This document shows, one piece after another, positions 49,556 through 58,827 of a DNA stretch of 64,000 nt. The position numbers and the translations under genes are program-made. Below the pieces are notes generated by a model. That model saw only the letters and a program-made list of their open reading frames with translations, was not told where the DNA came from and did not search any database. The stretch covers positions 7,232,001 to 7,296,000 of the forward strand of contig OZ244999.1 of assembly GCA_965223265.1 (NCBI GenBank), given 5' to 3'. The stretch comes from Planctomycetota bacterium (GTDB taxonomy: Bacteria > Planctomycetota > UBA8108 > SXIK01). Position 1 is the first letter of the stretch. Each line of letters begins with the position of its first letter.

Positions 49556-52500
49556 ATGCGACAGCGCTCGCTCACGATCTCTCGTCACGCTTGGTTCGTG
49601 ATTCTGCTTGTGCTCGCGTCGACTGCAACATCGCCGACAAACGGTCAGGAAGCCGTGTCGCTGATCTCGAGAGGCGACGACGCTGTGTTCGCTGACGGCC
49701 CGTCGACGAACCCACGCACCAATCGAGATGGCACCGTGGTCGTCTTTCAGTCAGAAGCGCCCGACATCACCGTGGGCGACGGCGATCGTTTGAGCGACGT
49801 TTTCCTACGCATCGTACCAGTCAACCGCACGATTTTGATCAGTCAGGACGCGACGACCGAGGCCAAAGGTGATGGGAACAGCGTCAACCCGAGTATCGAT
49901 GGGCCTGGCAGTAACATCGTCTACGCCAGCGACGCGAACAATCTGAGCGGTTCCGACAACAACGACTTCCGAGACATCTACTACTGGACCTCCGAAGTCG
50001 CCCCTCCATTCCCGACGATTCTGATCAGCCGAGCGGCCGACTCGTCCATCGCGGCAGACGGCGTTTCCGACGATCCAGAGATCTCGGCCGACGGTGATTG
50101 GGTCGCTTTCAAATCGACGGCCACCAATCTGGTTCGTGATCGCGACATCGTGGACCCCTTATCCCTCATCTATGTACATCCTTTGACTGACCCTTTTGGC
50201 GTCGGCCGGGCTGAACTCGTTTCGCCCCCAGTCGGCGACCCAGCAAATGCTGATTGCGTTGATCCGGACATCAGCGGCGACGGAAACTTTGTCGTCTTCA
50301 GCTCGAAAGCCGACAACCTCGTTGAAGGTGACACCAACGGCGTCTCGGACGTATTCCTCGTCGATCGCCGACTCGGAACAATCGAGAGAATCAGCCGCGG
50401 CACGCGGCGCAGCCAAGCCAACGGCCCGAGCAGCAACCCACGCATCAGTGACGACAGCCGTTACGTAGCGTTCGATTCGAACGCTACCAACCTCGTCGGG
50501 CGAGACACGAACGACGCAACGGATGTGTTCCGCTTCGATCGTCTGACCGCCAAGATCAAGCGCGTTACGTTCACCGAGTCGGGCGAGCAGATTCCCGCCT
50601 CGCCCGAGCGCGGCAGCGTAATGACGAATGACATCTCCGAAGACGGTCGATTCGTCGCCTTCGATCTTGGGGCTACGATCACGTTCGCTGAGAACAACCG
50701 CCTGCGCGATGTCCACGTGCGCGACTGCCTGCTCGAACGCACTATCCTCGCCAGCATCACACGCGGTGGCGCGGCTGGCAACGGTGACTCGCGGCGCGGC
50801 AGTCTCTGCGCCGACGGTTCCTGTGTAGTGTTCGACACCTCGGCAAGCAATCTGTTGATCGGTAGTCCAATTGGAATCGCTGATACGAACGAGGTCGACG
50901 ACGTCTACCTTCGCACGAGCCTGCCGCTGGCCGGAGTGCCCGAAGCGGAGATGGCACATAACGCGATCCTGTTCTGCGCAGAGAACAGCCTCGTGGGCGC
51001 GATCAGCCTCGACGGTGTGGTGCGCGATGGAGGCCTGCTCCTCGAGCCGCCTGGACGACGTTTTGCAGTCGACGAGCGCAACATCCTCTGGATTCTCGAC
51101 ATCGACGGAACCATCCAAAGAGTGGAGGCTTCCACGTTTGGGTCCCTCGATCCAGAGCAGTTTCCGCCGATTCAAATTGGCGCCGACAACTACCTCGATT
51201 TCGTCGCCGGCGGTGGAGCTGCGTGGGTGGCCGGCGCTAACGGCGTCTTTCGCGTTGATAGCAGCGGCATCACCGCGGCCCACGAAATCGAGATCGCCGC
51301 TGACAGCGTCGCCATGGCGCTCGATCCGTCCGGCCGCCTTTGGATCGCGTCCTGGAGCGCAGAGCGCGGTCTCACAACCGTTGTCAAAGCGCGGGGCGAC
51401 CTCACACCTCCACGCCGCATCCGATACGCAAACTCCGAATTCAAGGAAATCGAGCAAATCGCCTTCGATTCGCGGGGGCAGCTTTACTTGCGCACGCCCG
51501 AGTTCCTCTGCAGTCTGTCACCTTCGGGAGGCGTGCTTTGGTGTCGGAACGTTCCTGGTGACGGGCTGGCGGTCAGCGGTAACGGTGAAATCTACACCGC
51601 CTCCGGCGACTTCATCCTCTGTTTCAATCCCAAAGGGGAAGTGCGGCTACGAGAACCGCTCCGATTTATCGAACCTGCCGACATCGTCCTCGATGGACTG
51701 GGACGACCCTGGATCATGATGGAAGGCGTTTCACGCCTGTTTCGTTTCGATCCCGAAACTCGACGCACCGACACTTTCCCGATCGGAACAAGGCTCAAGG
51801 ATCAGCTCCACAGTCGCTGGACACCCTACGCCGCCATGGTCGCCAGTCCTGACTTTGACAGCGACGGAGACGGCTTCCTCAACGGCGTCGAGGCGCGCAG
51901 CGGGTTCAATCCGTTCGACGCCACGAGCCCGGCCGCTAAGGTGGCCCTACTCCCCGTGATCGACGCGCGAGCCACCGTCGTCGACCAAAGCAGCGTGCGC
52001 TTGCAGTGGACAAGCCCGATCGTCTACGAGCGGTTCTACGTGTTCCGGGATGGTCAGCTGATCGACGGCGCGCCGTTTCCGTTCAGCGCGGGGCGTGACG
52101 GCGTGATCGACGCGAACGTCCGAGGAGGCGGCACACGAACCTACAAGATTGTCGGACAAGGCATCGGAGGTGCAAAACTTCTCGGCCAGGGTGGCGGCTT
52201 TCCAGAGCCGGGCGTTGAGCTGCCAGCGTCCCCGGAAGTAACCGTTTCGGTGACGCTCGGCGAAGGAGAACTCATTGGCTGCGTCGACTTTGAACAACTC
52301 GAACCGACCGCGGTTGCGTACAACCGCGACACAGATGAAGTGACCGTGGCGTTCGCCGGTGGCGATCTGGTGACGTTTCCATTCCAAGACCCCAATGATC
52401 TCGACGCGCAAAGTCTGATCCTGCGAACCCTGCCAGCCGCCTTTGCCAATCCCGACTCCGAGATCCGCGGCATGACCTACGATCCAGCAGACCCCTCCGC

Positions 52501-53548
52501 GCTCTTCCTCTTGATTCCGGACGGCACGGTCTTTCGCGCCCAAGACGAGAATGATCCGATCTTCGCGTTCGAACTTCCCGCGACGCCGGTGGCAGCCGGC
52601 TACTACGGGCTCGGATCCGTCGACGGCGAGTTCTTCTCGTTCGTCGGTCCGGGCGTTGACTGCTTCATCGGCTACAGACCCGATGATGCGTCCAGTCGCG
52701 ACATACCTCTGTCGACTGTGCTCGGCCTGATCGACGACGCGGGCGCGCCCCTGATCGCGCACGCGGCGGGGATCGATTCGTTCGACGAGCAGACGTTAGT
52801 CGTGGGCATCGGCCCTGAGGGCACCGACACGGTCTCCGTCGCCATGCGACTGACCGAGGAACTGACCGGCGCAAACTCCAACGTACAGGTCGACGCCCTG
52901 GGATCGACGTTCATCTCAGACCTGGCGTTCGCCCCTTCTCCATCCGTCGGACCGCCTCAGCTGCTCGTGATCGATCGCACCAATTCGCGTCTCTGCTTCC
53001 ACACGGCGAACTTCCCCGAATCGCCCGTCGTCAATGACATGTCACCGTCAAACGGACCCTGGGACGGGCCCTCACAAACCGTGACGCTGGCCGGCGAGAA
53101 CTTTGCTGGTGATACGTGGGTGAGCTTCGATGGCCTTTTCATCGAGGCTCAAATCACCAATGACTCCATCTCGTTCGAGGCGCCGCAGCTCAATGCCGAC
53201 CGCAGCGTGCCGATCGGAATCAACTCGTCGAGTGGACCTGCGATCGCCCCGCTCTACTACACCTACGGAATCCAACGGCCAGACAGCAACAACGATCGTT
53301 CGGTCGATATCTCCGATCCCATCTTCGTCTTAAGCTTTCTCTTTGAGGCGTTCGCCGAAGCGCCGCCGTGCGAGGACGCGGCCGATGCCAACGACGACGG
53401 CTCCGTCGACATCGCGGACCCTATCTTCGTCCTCAACTTTCTCTTCAACAACGGCGAGACACCGCCAGCACCCTACAGCGAAGATGGCTCGACCTTCGGT
53501 CTGGACTCCACTTTCGATGTGCTACCGCCGTGCCAGGCACAAGAATAA
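49556..53548 (+). CDS. Large secreted multi-beta-propeller protein (TolB/PD40-like repeats) with IPT/TIG and C-terminal dockerin-like domain
   Basis: Signal peptide; repeats P.IS.DG.FV.F.S.A.NLV.GDTN..DVF; DSDGDG Ca-loop; SP.NGP..G..TVTLAG.NF; dockerin-like tail. Confidence 0.85.
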   Translation: MRQRSLTISRHAWFVILLVLASTATSPTNGQEAVSLISRGDDAVFADGPSTNPRTNRDGTVVVFQSEAPDITVGDGDRLSDVFLRIVPVNRTILISQDATTEAKGDGNSVNPSIDGPGSNIVYASDANNLSGSDNNDFRDIYYWTSEVAPPFPTILISRAADSSIAADGVSDDPEISADGDWVAFKSTATNLVRDRDIVDPLSLIYVHPLTDPFGVGRAELVSPPVGDPANADCVDPDISGDGNFVVFSSKADNLVEGDTNGVSDVFLVDRRLGTIERISRGTRRSQANGPSSNPRISDDSRYVAFDSNATNLVGRDTNDATDVFRFDRLTAKIKRVTFTESGEQIPASPERGSVMTNDISEDGRFVAFDLGATITFAENNRLRDVHVRDCLLERTILASITRGGAAGNGDSRRGSLCADGSCVVFDTSASNLLIGSPIGIADTNEVDDVYLRTSLPLAGVPEAEMAHNAILFCAENSLVGAISLDGVVRDGGLLLEPPGRRFAVDERNILWILDIDGTIQRVEASTFGSLDPEQFPPIQIGADNYLDFVAGGGAAWVAGANGVFRVDSSGITAAHEIEIAADSVAMALDPSGRLWIASWSAERGLTTVVKARGDLTPPRRIRYANSEFKEIEQIAFDSRGQLYLRTPEFLCSLSPSGGVLWCRNVPGDGLAVSGNGEIYTASGDFILCFNPKGEVRLREPLRFIEPADIVLDGLGRPWIMMEGVSRLFRFDPETRRTDTFPIGTRLKDQLHSRWTPYAAMVASPDFDSDGDGFLNGVEARSGFNPFDATSPAAKVALLPVIDARATVVDQSSVRLQWTSPIVYERFYVFRDGQLIDGAPFPFSAGRDGVIDANVRGGGTRTYKIVGQGIGGAKLLGQGGGFPEPGVELPASPEVTVSVTLGEGELIGCVDFEQLEPTAVAYNRDTDEVTVAFAGGDLVTFPFQDPNDLDAQSLILRTLPAAFANPDSEIRGMTYDPADPSALFLLIPDGTVFRAQDENDPIFAFELPATPVAAGYYGLGSVDGEFFSFVGPGVDCFIGYRPDDASSRDIPLSTVLGLIDDAGAPLIAHAAGIDSFDEQTLVVGIGPEGTDTVSVAMRLTEELTGANSNVQVDALGSTFISDLAFAPSPSVGPPQLLVIDRTNSRLCFHTANFPESPVVNDMSPSNGPWDGPSQTVTLAGENFAGDTWVSFDGLFIEAQITNDSISFEAPQLNADRSVPIGINSSSGPAIAPLYYTYGIQRPDSNNDRSVDISDPIFVLSFLFEAFAEAPPCEDAADANDDGSVDIADPIFVLNFLFNNGETPPAPYSEDGSTFGLDSTFDVLPPCQAQE

Positions 53549-53558
53549 TCGAGCCACC

Positions 53559-54170
53559 CTACGACGAACGCCGGACGCGCTGAATCGTCTGTACGAGTTG
53601 AGCGCTCGACCTTTTGACCGTGCTGAGAGAGACACCAAGCTCGTCAGCGATCTCCTGATTCGTCAGCTCCTCGACGAACTTTAGAACGAAAAGCTGCTGA
53701 GTCGGCTCGTCGAGTTTGTCCAGAATGCGCGTCATGCTCCGGTACTCGTCCCCCGCCTCGATCTTGCGACTGAACGACGCCGTCGGACCAGCCAACTGCG
53801 CAAACGAAAACTTTCTGCTATCGTCGGCCGGCCCTTCCCGCACTTCCCGGTGGGCGTCTCGTTTACCGGTCTTGAAGTGGAACTCGTACAAGTCTTTGAT
53901 GCGATTCTCGATCATGCGGAACACTGTTCGGTGGACGCCACGGTCGTCGACCTTTTCGAGAAACGTACTGCTGCTCTCGACCAACGTGGCAAAGAAATCC
54001 TGCAGGACATCTTCGGGGTCAACCTTGCCCTCAAGCTTACGACCGAGCTTATAACGAATGAAGACGAGGAGGCGTGGTCCATAGTGACGCACGAACTCAT
54101 CCAGTCCCGCATTGGAATCAACGCGGATCCGTTCGATGATCGCCTGGGTGATGCGGCCTGTTGAGTCCAT
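53559..54170 (-). CDS. ECF sigma factor (planctomycete kinase-associated type)
   Basis: KVDPEDVLQ, H....KRD..RE, region 4 ELTNQEIADELGVSLSTVKR. Confidence 0.88.
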   Translation of the reverse strand: MDSTGRITQAIIERIRVDSNAGLDEFVRHYGPRLLVFIRYKLGRKLEGKVDPEDVLQDFFATLVESSSTFLEKVDDRGVHRTVFRMIENRIKDLYEFHFKTGKRDAHREVREGPADDSRKFSFAQLAGPTASFSRKIEAGDEYRSMTRILDKLDEPTQQLFVLKFVEELTNQEIADELGVSLSTVKRSSAQLVQTIQRVRRSS

Positions 54171-54236
54171 GTAGCGGCAGGTTCCTCTGTTCGGCGATCT
54201 GGGACGGAGAACAGCCCGTTGAGCCGCGAATCGTGC

Positions 54237-56777
54237 TCAGGAAGAGCTGTTATCCACAGCATCCGCATCGGAATCCTCAAGCACGATCTTGAGCCGGAAT
54301 CCTTGGCGGTCCGAAACGTACCGGGTATGAGTGCTACGCCGCACCGAGAGTCGACAGGTGTCTGCGGTCAGCGCCCAGTTGCCACCGCGAGCAGCAATCA
54401 TATCCGGCCGGTCGTCGTCCTCGAAGTAGCACCAATCGCTGATATTTCCCACCATACCACGGACCCCGTAAGGAGAACAATCTTCAGGGAACGCGTCGAC
54501 ATCGACGACCCCAGAGGCCCCCTCGCGGGCATACAAATTGTTGGCGTACTCATTGTCAAAAACGTTGCCCCAACTGTAGTAGCGTGCGTCCACGCCCTTA
54601 GCCGCTTTCTCCCACTCCGATTCCGTCAGGAGGTCGTATCGATGGCCGTCGACTTGGGAGCGGTACTCGCAGTAGGCTTTCGCGTCAGCAAAAGAGACCC
54701 CGAAGACCGGAAGCCGCGGACTCCAAGCGTATCGATCGTCTGGGGGCGGGAGAACGTACTCATCGCCCTCGAGCTCCCAGAGATACCCCGCGCTCTCTGA
54801 GGCGCGCGGCGAGCGTTCCCGCGCCGCATCCGCGTCCGTCGAATGCAGGTGGTTGAGAAACTCGAGGTACTCGCCACAAGTCACCGGAAAGCGACCGACG
54901 CCGAACCCGGGCACGAACACGCGTGCCCGAGCCTTGAACGTCGACACGACCGTAGGGTCGCCGTACATCACAAATGAACCCGCCGGAACGTAGACGAATT
55001 CCTTGGGAATCGCACTCTCGGGGTAGAGCACGACGCGGTCGCGGACTTTCTGGTTGCGCCCCACCACGATTGGATAATTCGTCGGAGCGTACCCTTGCAT
55101 GGCGATCGTGACCAGGTAGCTGCCCATCGCGATGTCCGGAAGGTCCAGGTGTCCCTCCGCGCGCGCGACCTCCTCACGTGGCTTTCGGATGCCGTCTTCG
55201 TCATCGTAGCGATAAAGAGTAAATGACGCTCCTTCGGGCTCACTCCCCAGTGCGAGCGACCCATTTCCTTGAAGAATTCGATCGAAGCTGCCGTCGTTGA
55301 CCTGCTCGATCAAGCCCTGATAGAAAATCATGTCCGTCGTGCTCTGATCGCGTTCGGCACGTAGGAAGCGCTCCAGGTACAGCTCCCCCAAGGCGCGGCG
55401 AGCGCGAGCGTTGTCGGCGTCCGTCGCCAGGGCGGTTGAGAGAATCGCCTGCGCGCGCGTGAAGGTCTCCGCCATGCTGATCTCTGTCGATTCGATTTCG
55501 GTCCGCAGTGACAGCATGCGACGTTTCGTCTCCCGCGTCGGAAACTGACCGGCTTGTCGACTGGTGTCGTCAAGTTGCTGAGCCATCTGGTGGAGTCGCT
55601 GCTTTTCGCGCTCATGCTGACCGAGAATTTTCTGCGCTTGCGCCGTGAGCTTTTCGGATTCCTGGCGTCGCCGCTGCGCTTCGAGCGTTCCGTCAAGGTA
55701 GACCTGGATCTCCTCTGCCAACTCAAGCGCGGTCTGCTGCCGGTCGTCAGGGTGGTATTCGAGTGCCTTCAAGCAGATGTCCTCGAGCTCCTGCGGAATC
55801 CCTAGCTTTGGCGCGCGAACGGTCGGCGGGATGCAGAGGCCGAGTCGCGACTCCTCCAAGAGCTCCGACAACGTCGTTCCCGTTTTCGGTGGCAACAACG
55901 TGAGCATTTCGTAAAGCGTCGCGCCGAGCGCATACACATCGCTACGACGATCGATGAGATCGCTGCGCCCTTGCGCCTGCTCGGGGGACATGTAGAGCAG
56001 CGTGCCGCGCACTTGTCCTTGCTGAGTCATGAGCTCCTGGTCCGTGCGCACCGTCTCCACTTGCTCCTCCATGGACTCGAAACGATCAGGTAGGCCCATC
56101 ACCTTCGCGACACCCCAGTCCATCAACTGCACCTCGCCATAGTCGCCGATCATGATGTTGGCGGGTTTGATATCGCGGTGGAGCACGCCCTTTTCATGCG
56201 CGAAGTGAACCGCGTTCGCGACGCTAACGAAATTCTGCAGCAGGCGAGTCCGCGAGAAGCGTTGGCGAACATCGCGCTGCCCGATGTGGAGGTCACGAAG
56301 AATCTCTTTCAACGTCCGGCCGCGGAGAAGCTTGAGCGTGAAGAACACTTCGTTGCCCTGATTCACCGCCAGTTCGTGCACCGGCGGAATGCCAGGGTGC
56401 TCCAGCTGCCCCGTGATCTGCGCTTCCTCGATGAATCTCGCCAGATGCTCGCCGTCACGCCCAAGCTCCGCCCGGATAACCTTGATGGCGACCTGACGCC
56501 GAAGGTCACGATCGAACGCCAGGAAAACGCGGCCCATTCCGCCTTCTCCGATGACGCGCTGAATGACGTACTTTCCCTTCGTCTCCCCTTCATCCATCGA
56601 GACTGTTGCCTCGGTGGTTAGATCCCGCAGCTGAATCGACGGATCGTATCCCAGAAGCTCTTCAAGTCGCTCGGCGATCGTCACGTTGCGGAGATCTGCA
56701 GGTTCGCTCGCGCCGGGTCCGCGGGTTGATCTGGTTCCGAAACTGTCATCGCCCAAGCGCCGCTCTTCTTTCGCCAT
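54237..56777 (-). CDS. Ser/Thr kinase + coiled coil + PEGA-like + FGE-sulfatase domain protein
   Basis: IGEGGMGRV, HRDIKPAN, DWG, GTLLYMSPEQ; C-terminal FPVT..EY, ESEWEKAAKG, SPYGV.GMVGN. ORF open from 56816. Confidence 0.92.
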   Translation of the reverse strand: MAKEERRLGDDSFGTRSTRGPGASEPADLRNVTIAERLEELLGYDPSIQLRDLTTEATVSMDEGETKGKYVIQRVIGEGGMGRVFLAFDRDLRRQVAIKVIRAELGRDGEHLARFIEEAQITGQLEHPGIPPVHELAVNQGNEVFFTLKLLRGRTLKEILRDLHIGQRDVRQRFSRTRLLQNFVSVANAVHFAHEKGVLHRDIKPANIMIGDYGEVQLMDWGVAKVMGLPDRFESMEEQVETVRTDQELMTQQGQVRGTLLYMSPEQAQGRSDLIDRRSDVYALGATLYEMLTLLPPKTGTTLSELLEESRLGLCIPPTVRAPKLGIPQELEDICLKALEYHPDDRQQTALELAEEIQVYLDGTLEAQRRRQESEKLTAQAQKILGQHEREKQRLHQMAQQLDDTSRQAGQFPTRETKRRMLSLRTEIESTEISMAETFTRAQAILSTALATDADNARARRALGELYLERFLRAERDQSTTDMIFYQGLIEQVNDGSFDRILQGNGSLALGSEPEGASFTLYRYDDEDGIRKPREEVARAEGHLDLPDIAMGSYLVTIAMQGYAPTNYPIVVGRNQKVRDRVVLYPESAIPKEFVYVPAGSFVMYGDPTVVSTFKARARVFVPGFGVGRFPVTCGEYLEFLNHLHSTDADAARERSPRASESAGYLWELEGDEYVLPPPDDRYAWSPRLPVFGVSFADAKAYCEYRSQVDGHRYDLLTESEWEKAAKGVDARYYSWGNVFDNEYANNLYAREGASGVVDVDAFPEDCSPYGVRGMVGNISDWCYFEDDDRPDMIAARGGNWALTADTCRLSVRRSTHTRYVSDRQGFRLKIVLEDSDADAVDNSSS

Positions 56778-56978
56778 GGTCGTTCGAGTTTGAGTCACCC
56801 CCCCCGACCATGGCAAGAAAAAACAGAACCCTCACGAACCGCGTCCAATCAGCACGGTAAAGCGTCACTCACCGAGTTGCAGCGGCATGGTCCACGCCCC
56901 CGGGAGGAAGGAGCGTGACCATGTCGCACGCGTGAAATCGTAACGGGGGTTGCCCGTCTGCGATTGAAGCTGGACCGG

Positions 56979-58211
56979 TTAGGGCGCGGGCCCTCGGTTT
57001 GGAAACGGTTGCGGGATGGCGGGTCCACCGACAAACAAGTAGTCGAGCAAGTAGATCGGATCGGCGATATCGTTGTCGCCGTCGGCGTTGACGTCAGCGG
57101 CCTGTACGGATGAGACGTCTGCTGACGAAAGAAAGAGCCAGCGGAGAAGAAAAATCGCGTCACTGATGTCGACAATGCCGTCTCGGTTCACCTCGCCGCG
57201 AAGAAAGAAAAACTCCGCTTCGACGCTGGTAACAATCGAAGTCGTCGCGAAGTCAGAGGCAGCAACGATCAATCGACCGCCGTCTGCCCCACTACCGACG
57301 GCGAACGCCTCCGAGCCTGGTTGAAAGGCCAGGTAGGTCGCCGAAAGGACGCCGCTCTCAAATGGAAACGACACGAACTCCTCGGCGAGTGGAGCGTCGC
57401 TCGAGAGATCGACCGAGACCACGCGCCCGACGGGCGGCACGACCGAAAAGCCGACGTCAGTGAAAAAGAGGACGTCGCGCACGATGATCATGTTGTTGAT
57501 GTTCGGAATCTCGCGAACAACTTCGACTCCATCGTCGAAAGCGATCGTTTCGCCGCTCAGAGCTGTCGCCACCTGGGAGGCACTGAAGCGAACAATGGAC
57601 TCCGAGCCAAGAAGCCCCGCGGTTCCACAGTAGAGGTTGCCGTCCTGGTCGAACGCCAAGGGACCCGAGAAGCCAGGGATCCCTTCGACGATGACCGGGT
57701 TTGCCTCATCGGGGTCGTGATCGAGAAGATAGACTTGATTCGTGATGAACTCTGGATCCGGTGCTGAAACAAATGCGTTCCCGGCTGCGTCGTGAGCGAC
57801 TGCGTAATTGAAGCGAAGTCGATCGACAACCTGCCGCGCGCCGCCACCGAGAGGAACGGTGTAGATGAAGTGATCCGGGTCCGAGCTCTCACCGATGATC
57901 AGGTGGGTACGATCGGGCGACAGAGCCATGAAAGAACCGAAGACCGGGGGGTCGAAAGAGGTCAGTACGTCGTCGCCGTCGCTGCCGTGAACCGTGACGC
58001 TAGCACCGTCGAAGACCACAGGGTCTCCCTCTGGGGTGAAGGCGAGTCCACCGACGAAACGCGTCGGATCAAAGCTAAAATCGTCTCGAGCGATGAACCC
58101 TTCGCTAACCAGCGCGATGCTCTCCGCAGCGATGCGAGCAGTCGCGAGAGAGAAAAAAAGCAACACCCAAGGACGAAAGCGGCGCACAAAAACGAAAGTG
58201 CGAGAAACCAT
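56979..58211 (-). CDS. Cobalamin-riboswitch-controlled secreted beta-propeller-like protein with C-terminal dockerin-like domain
   Basis: ATG 58211 with AAGGAGG RBS; signal peptide ending ATARIAA; blades GLAFTPEG, MALSPD, AHDAAGNAFV, LAFDQDGNLY; tail FLRGEVNRDG.VDISD...ADVNADG..DIAD. Confidence 0.8.
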   Translation of the reverse strand: MVSRTFVFVRRFRPWVLLFFSLATARIAAESIALVSEGFIARDDFSFDPTRFVGGLAFTPEGDPVVFDGASVTVHGSDGDDVLTSFDPPVFGSFMALSPDRTHLIIGESSDPDHFIYTVPLGGGARQVVDRLRFNYAVAHDAAGNAFVSAPDPEFITNQVYLLDHDPDEANPVIVEGIPGFSGPLAFDQDGNLYCGTAGLLGSESIVRFSASQVATALSGETIAFDDGVEVVREIPNINNMIIVRDVLFFTDVGFSVVPPVGRVVSVDLSSDAPLAEEFVSFPFESGVLSATYLAFQPGSEAFAVGSGADGGRLIVAASDFATTSIVTSVEAEFFFLRGEVNRDGIVDISDAIFLLRWLFLSSADVSSVQAADVNADGDNDIADPIYLLDYLFVGGPAIPQPFPNRGPAP

Positions 58212-58340
58212 GATCCCTCCTTCACCGAAAAGGGAATCCCTTGGGGGTCGAAGGATCTTGGGCACGACCGCTTGCCAAGCACACGCCGTGGACGCGGTCT
58301 TACCCTCGAGCCTTCCACCCCCGAAGGCAGTCGGGGCTTC

Positions 58341-58671
58341 ACTCAGGCAGGTCTCCTGGCTTCCGGATCGTCCCTACTCCTTCAGCCTTCCCGCGACACC
58401 AACCTTTTTTCGCCGTTCACACCGAGTGAGCGGGTGAAGAGATCCGGAGTCGCAGTGGCCTGGTCCGCTCCTTGAGCATCGACCAGTCAGCTCGCCCCAA
58501 TTTGCGACGTAGATCACCGCAAACTGAGGATTGATCGCCGAGAAGAAGAGGTCCCCGGTCACAGTGGCGGGGCCCGCGCCGGTTTTTCACCGGCTTCCCT
58601 CTTCGTGAGTCGAACGTCGACCCACTTCGGACCGCTACGGCCGCAAACGCGGTTGCAGCGATCGCCTGAAT
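58341..58671 (-). ncRNA. Cobalamin (B12) riboswitch, class I-like with large insertions
   Basis: Minus strand: AGGGAAGCCGGTGAAAAACCGGCGCGGGCCCCGCCACTGTGA ... GCCACTG ... GGGAAGGC ... GAAGCCAGGAGACCTGCC (B12 box); P1 ATTCAGG/CCTGAGT. Confidence 0.93.
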
Positions 58672-58679
58672 CGAGCAGG

Positions 58680-58708
58680 ACCGTACTCCCTCGGCGGCAA
58701 AAAATCAA
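58680..58708 (-). promoter_or_regulatory. Putative sigma70 promoter for the riboswitch transcript
   Basis: TTGATT-17 bp-TACGGT, ending about 8 nt before the P1 5' strand. Confidence 0.55.
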
Positions 58709-58827
58709 GCGTGTCACTTTGATCTCGAGTTGAGCGATTCGCGACGACGCTCGAAGCGCCGGAGCGTCGAGTCAAAGACGCGACCCAGGCGGGATGCGGC
58801 GCTCGCATCACGGCAGAGGACGACCGC

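Noticed and set aside
56798-56805. C8 homopolymer upstream of the kinase as a phase-variation site
   Set aside because: Short for a GC-rich genome and probably outside the coding region; no supporting evidence.
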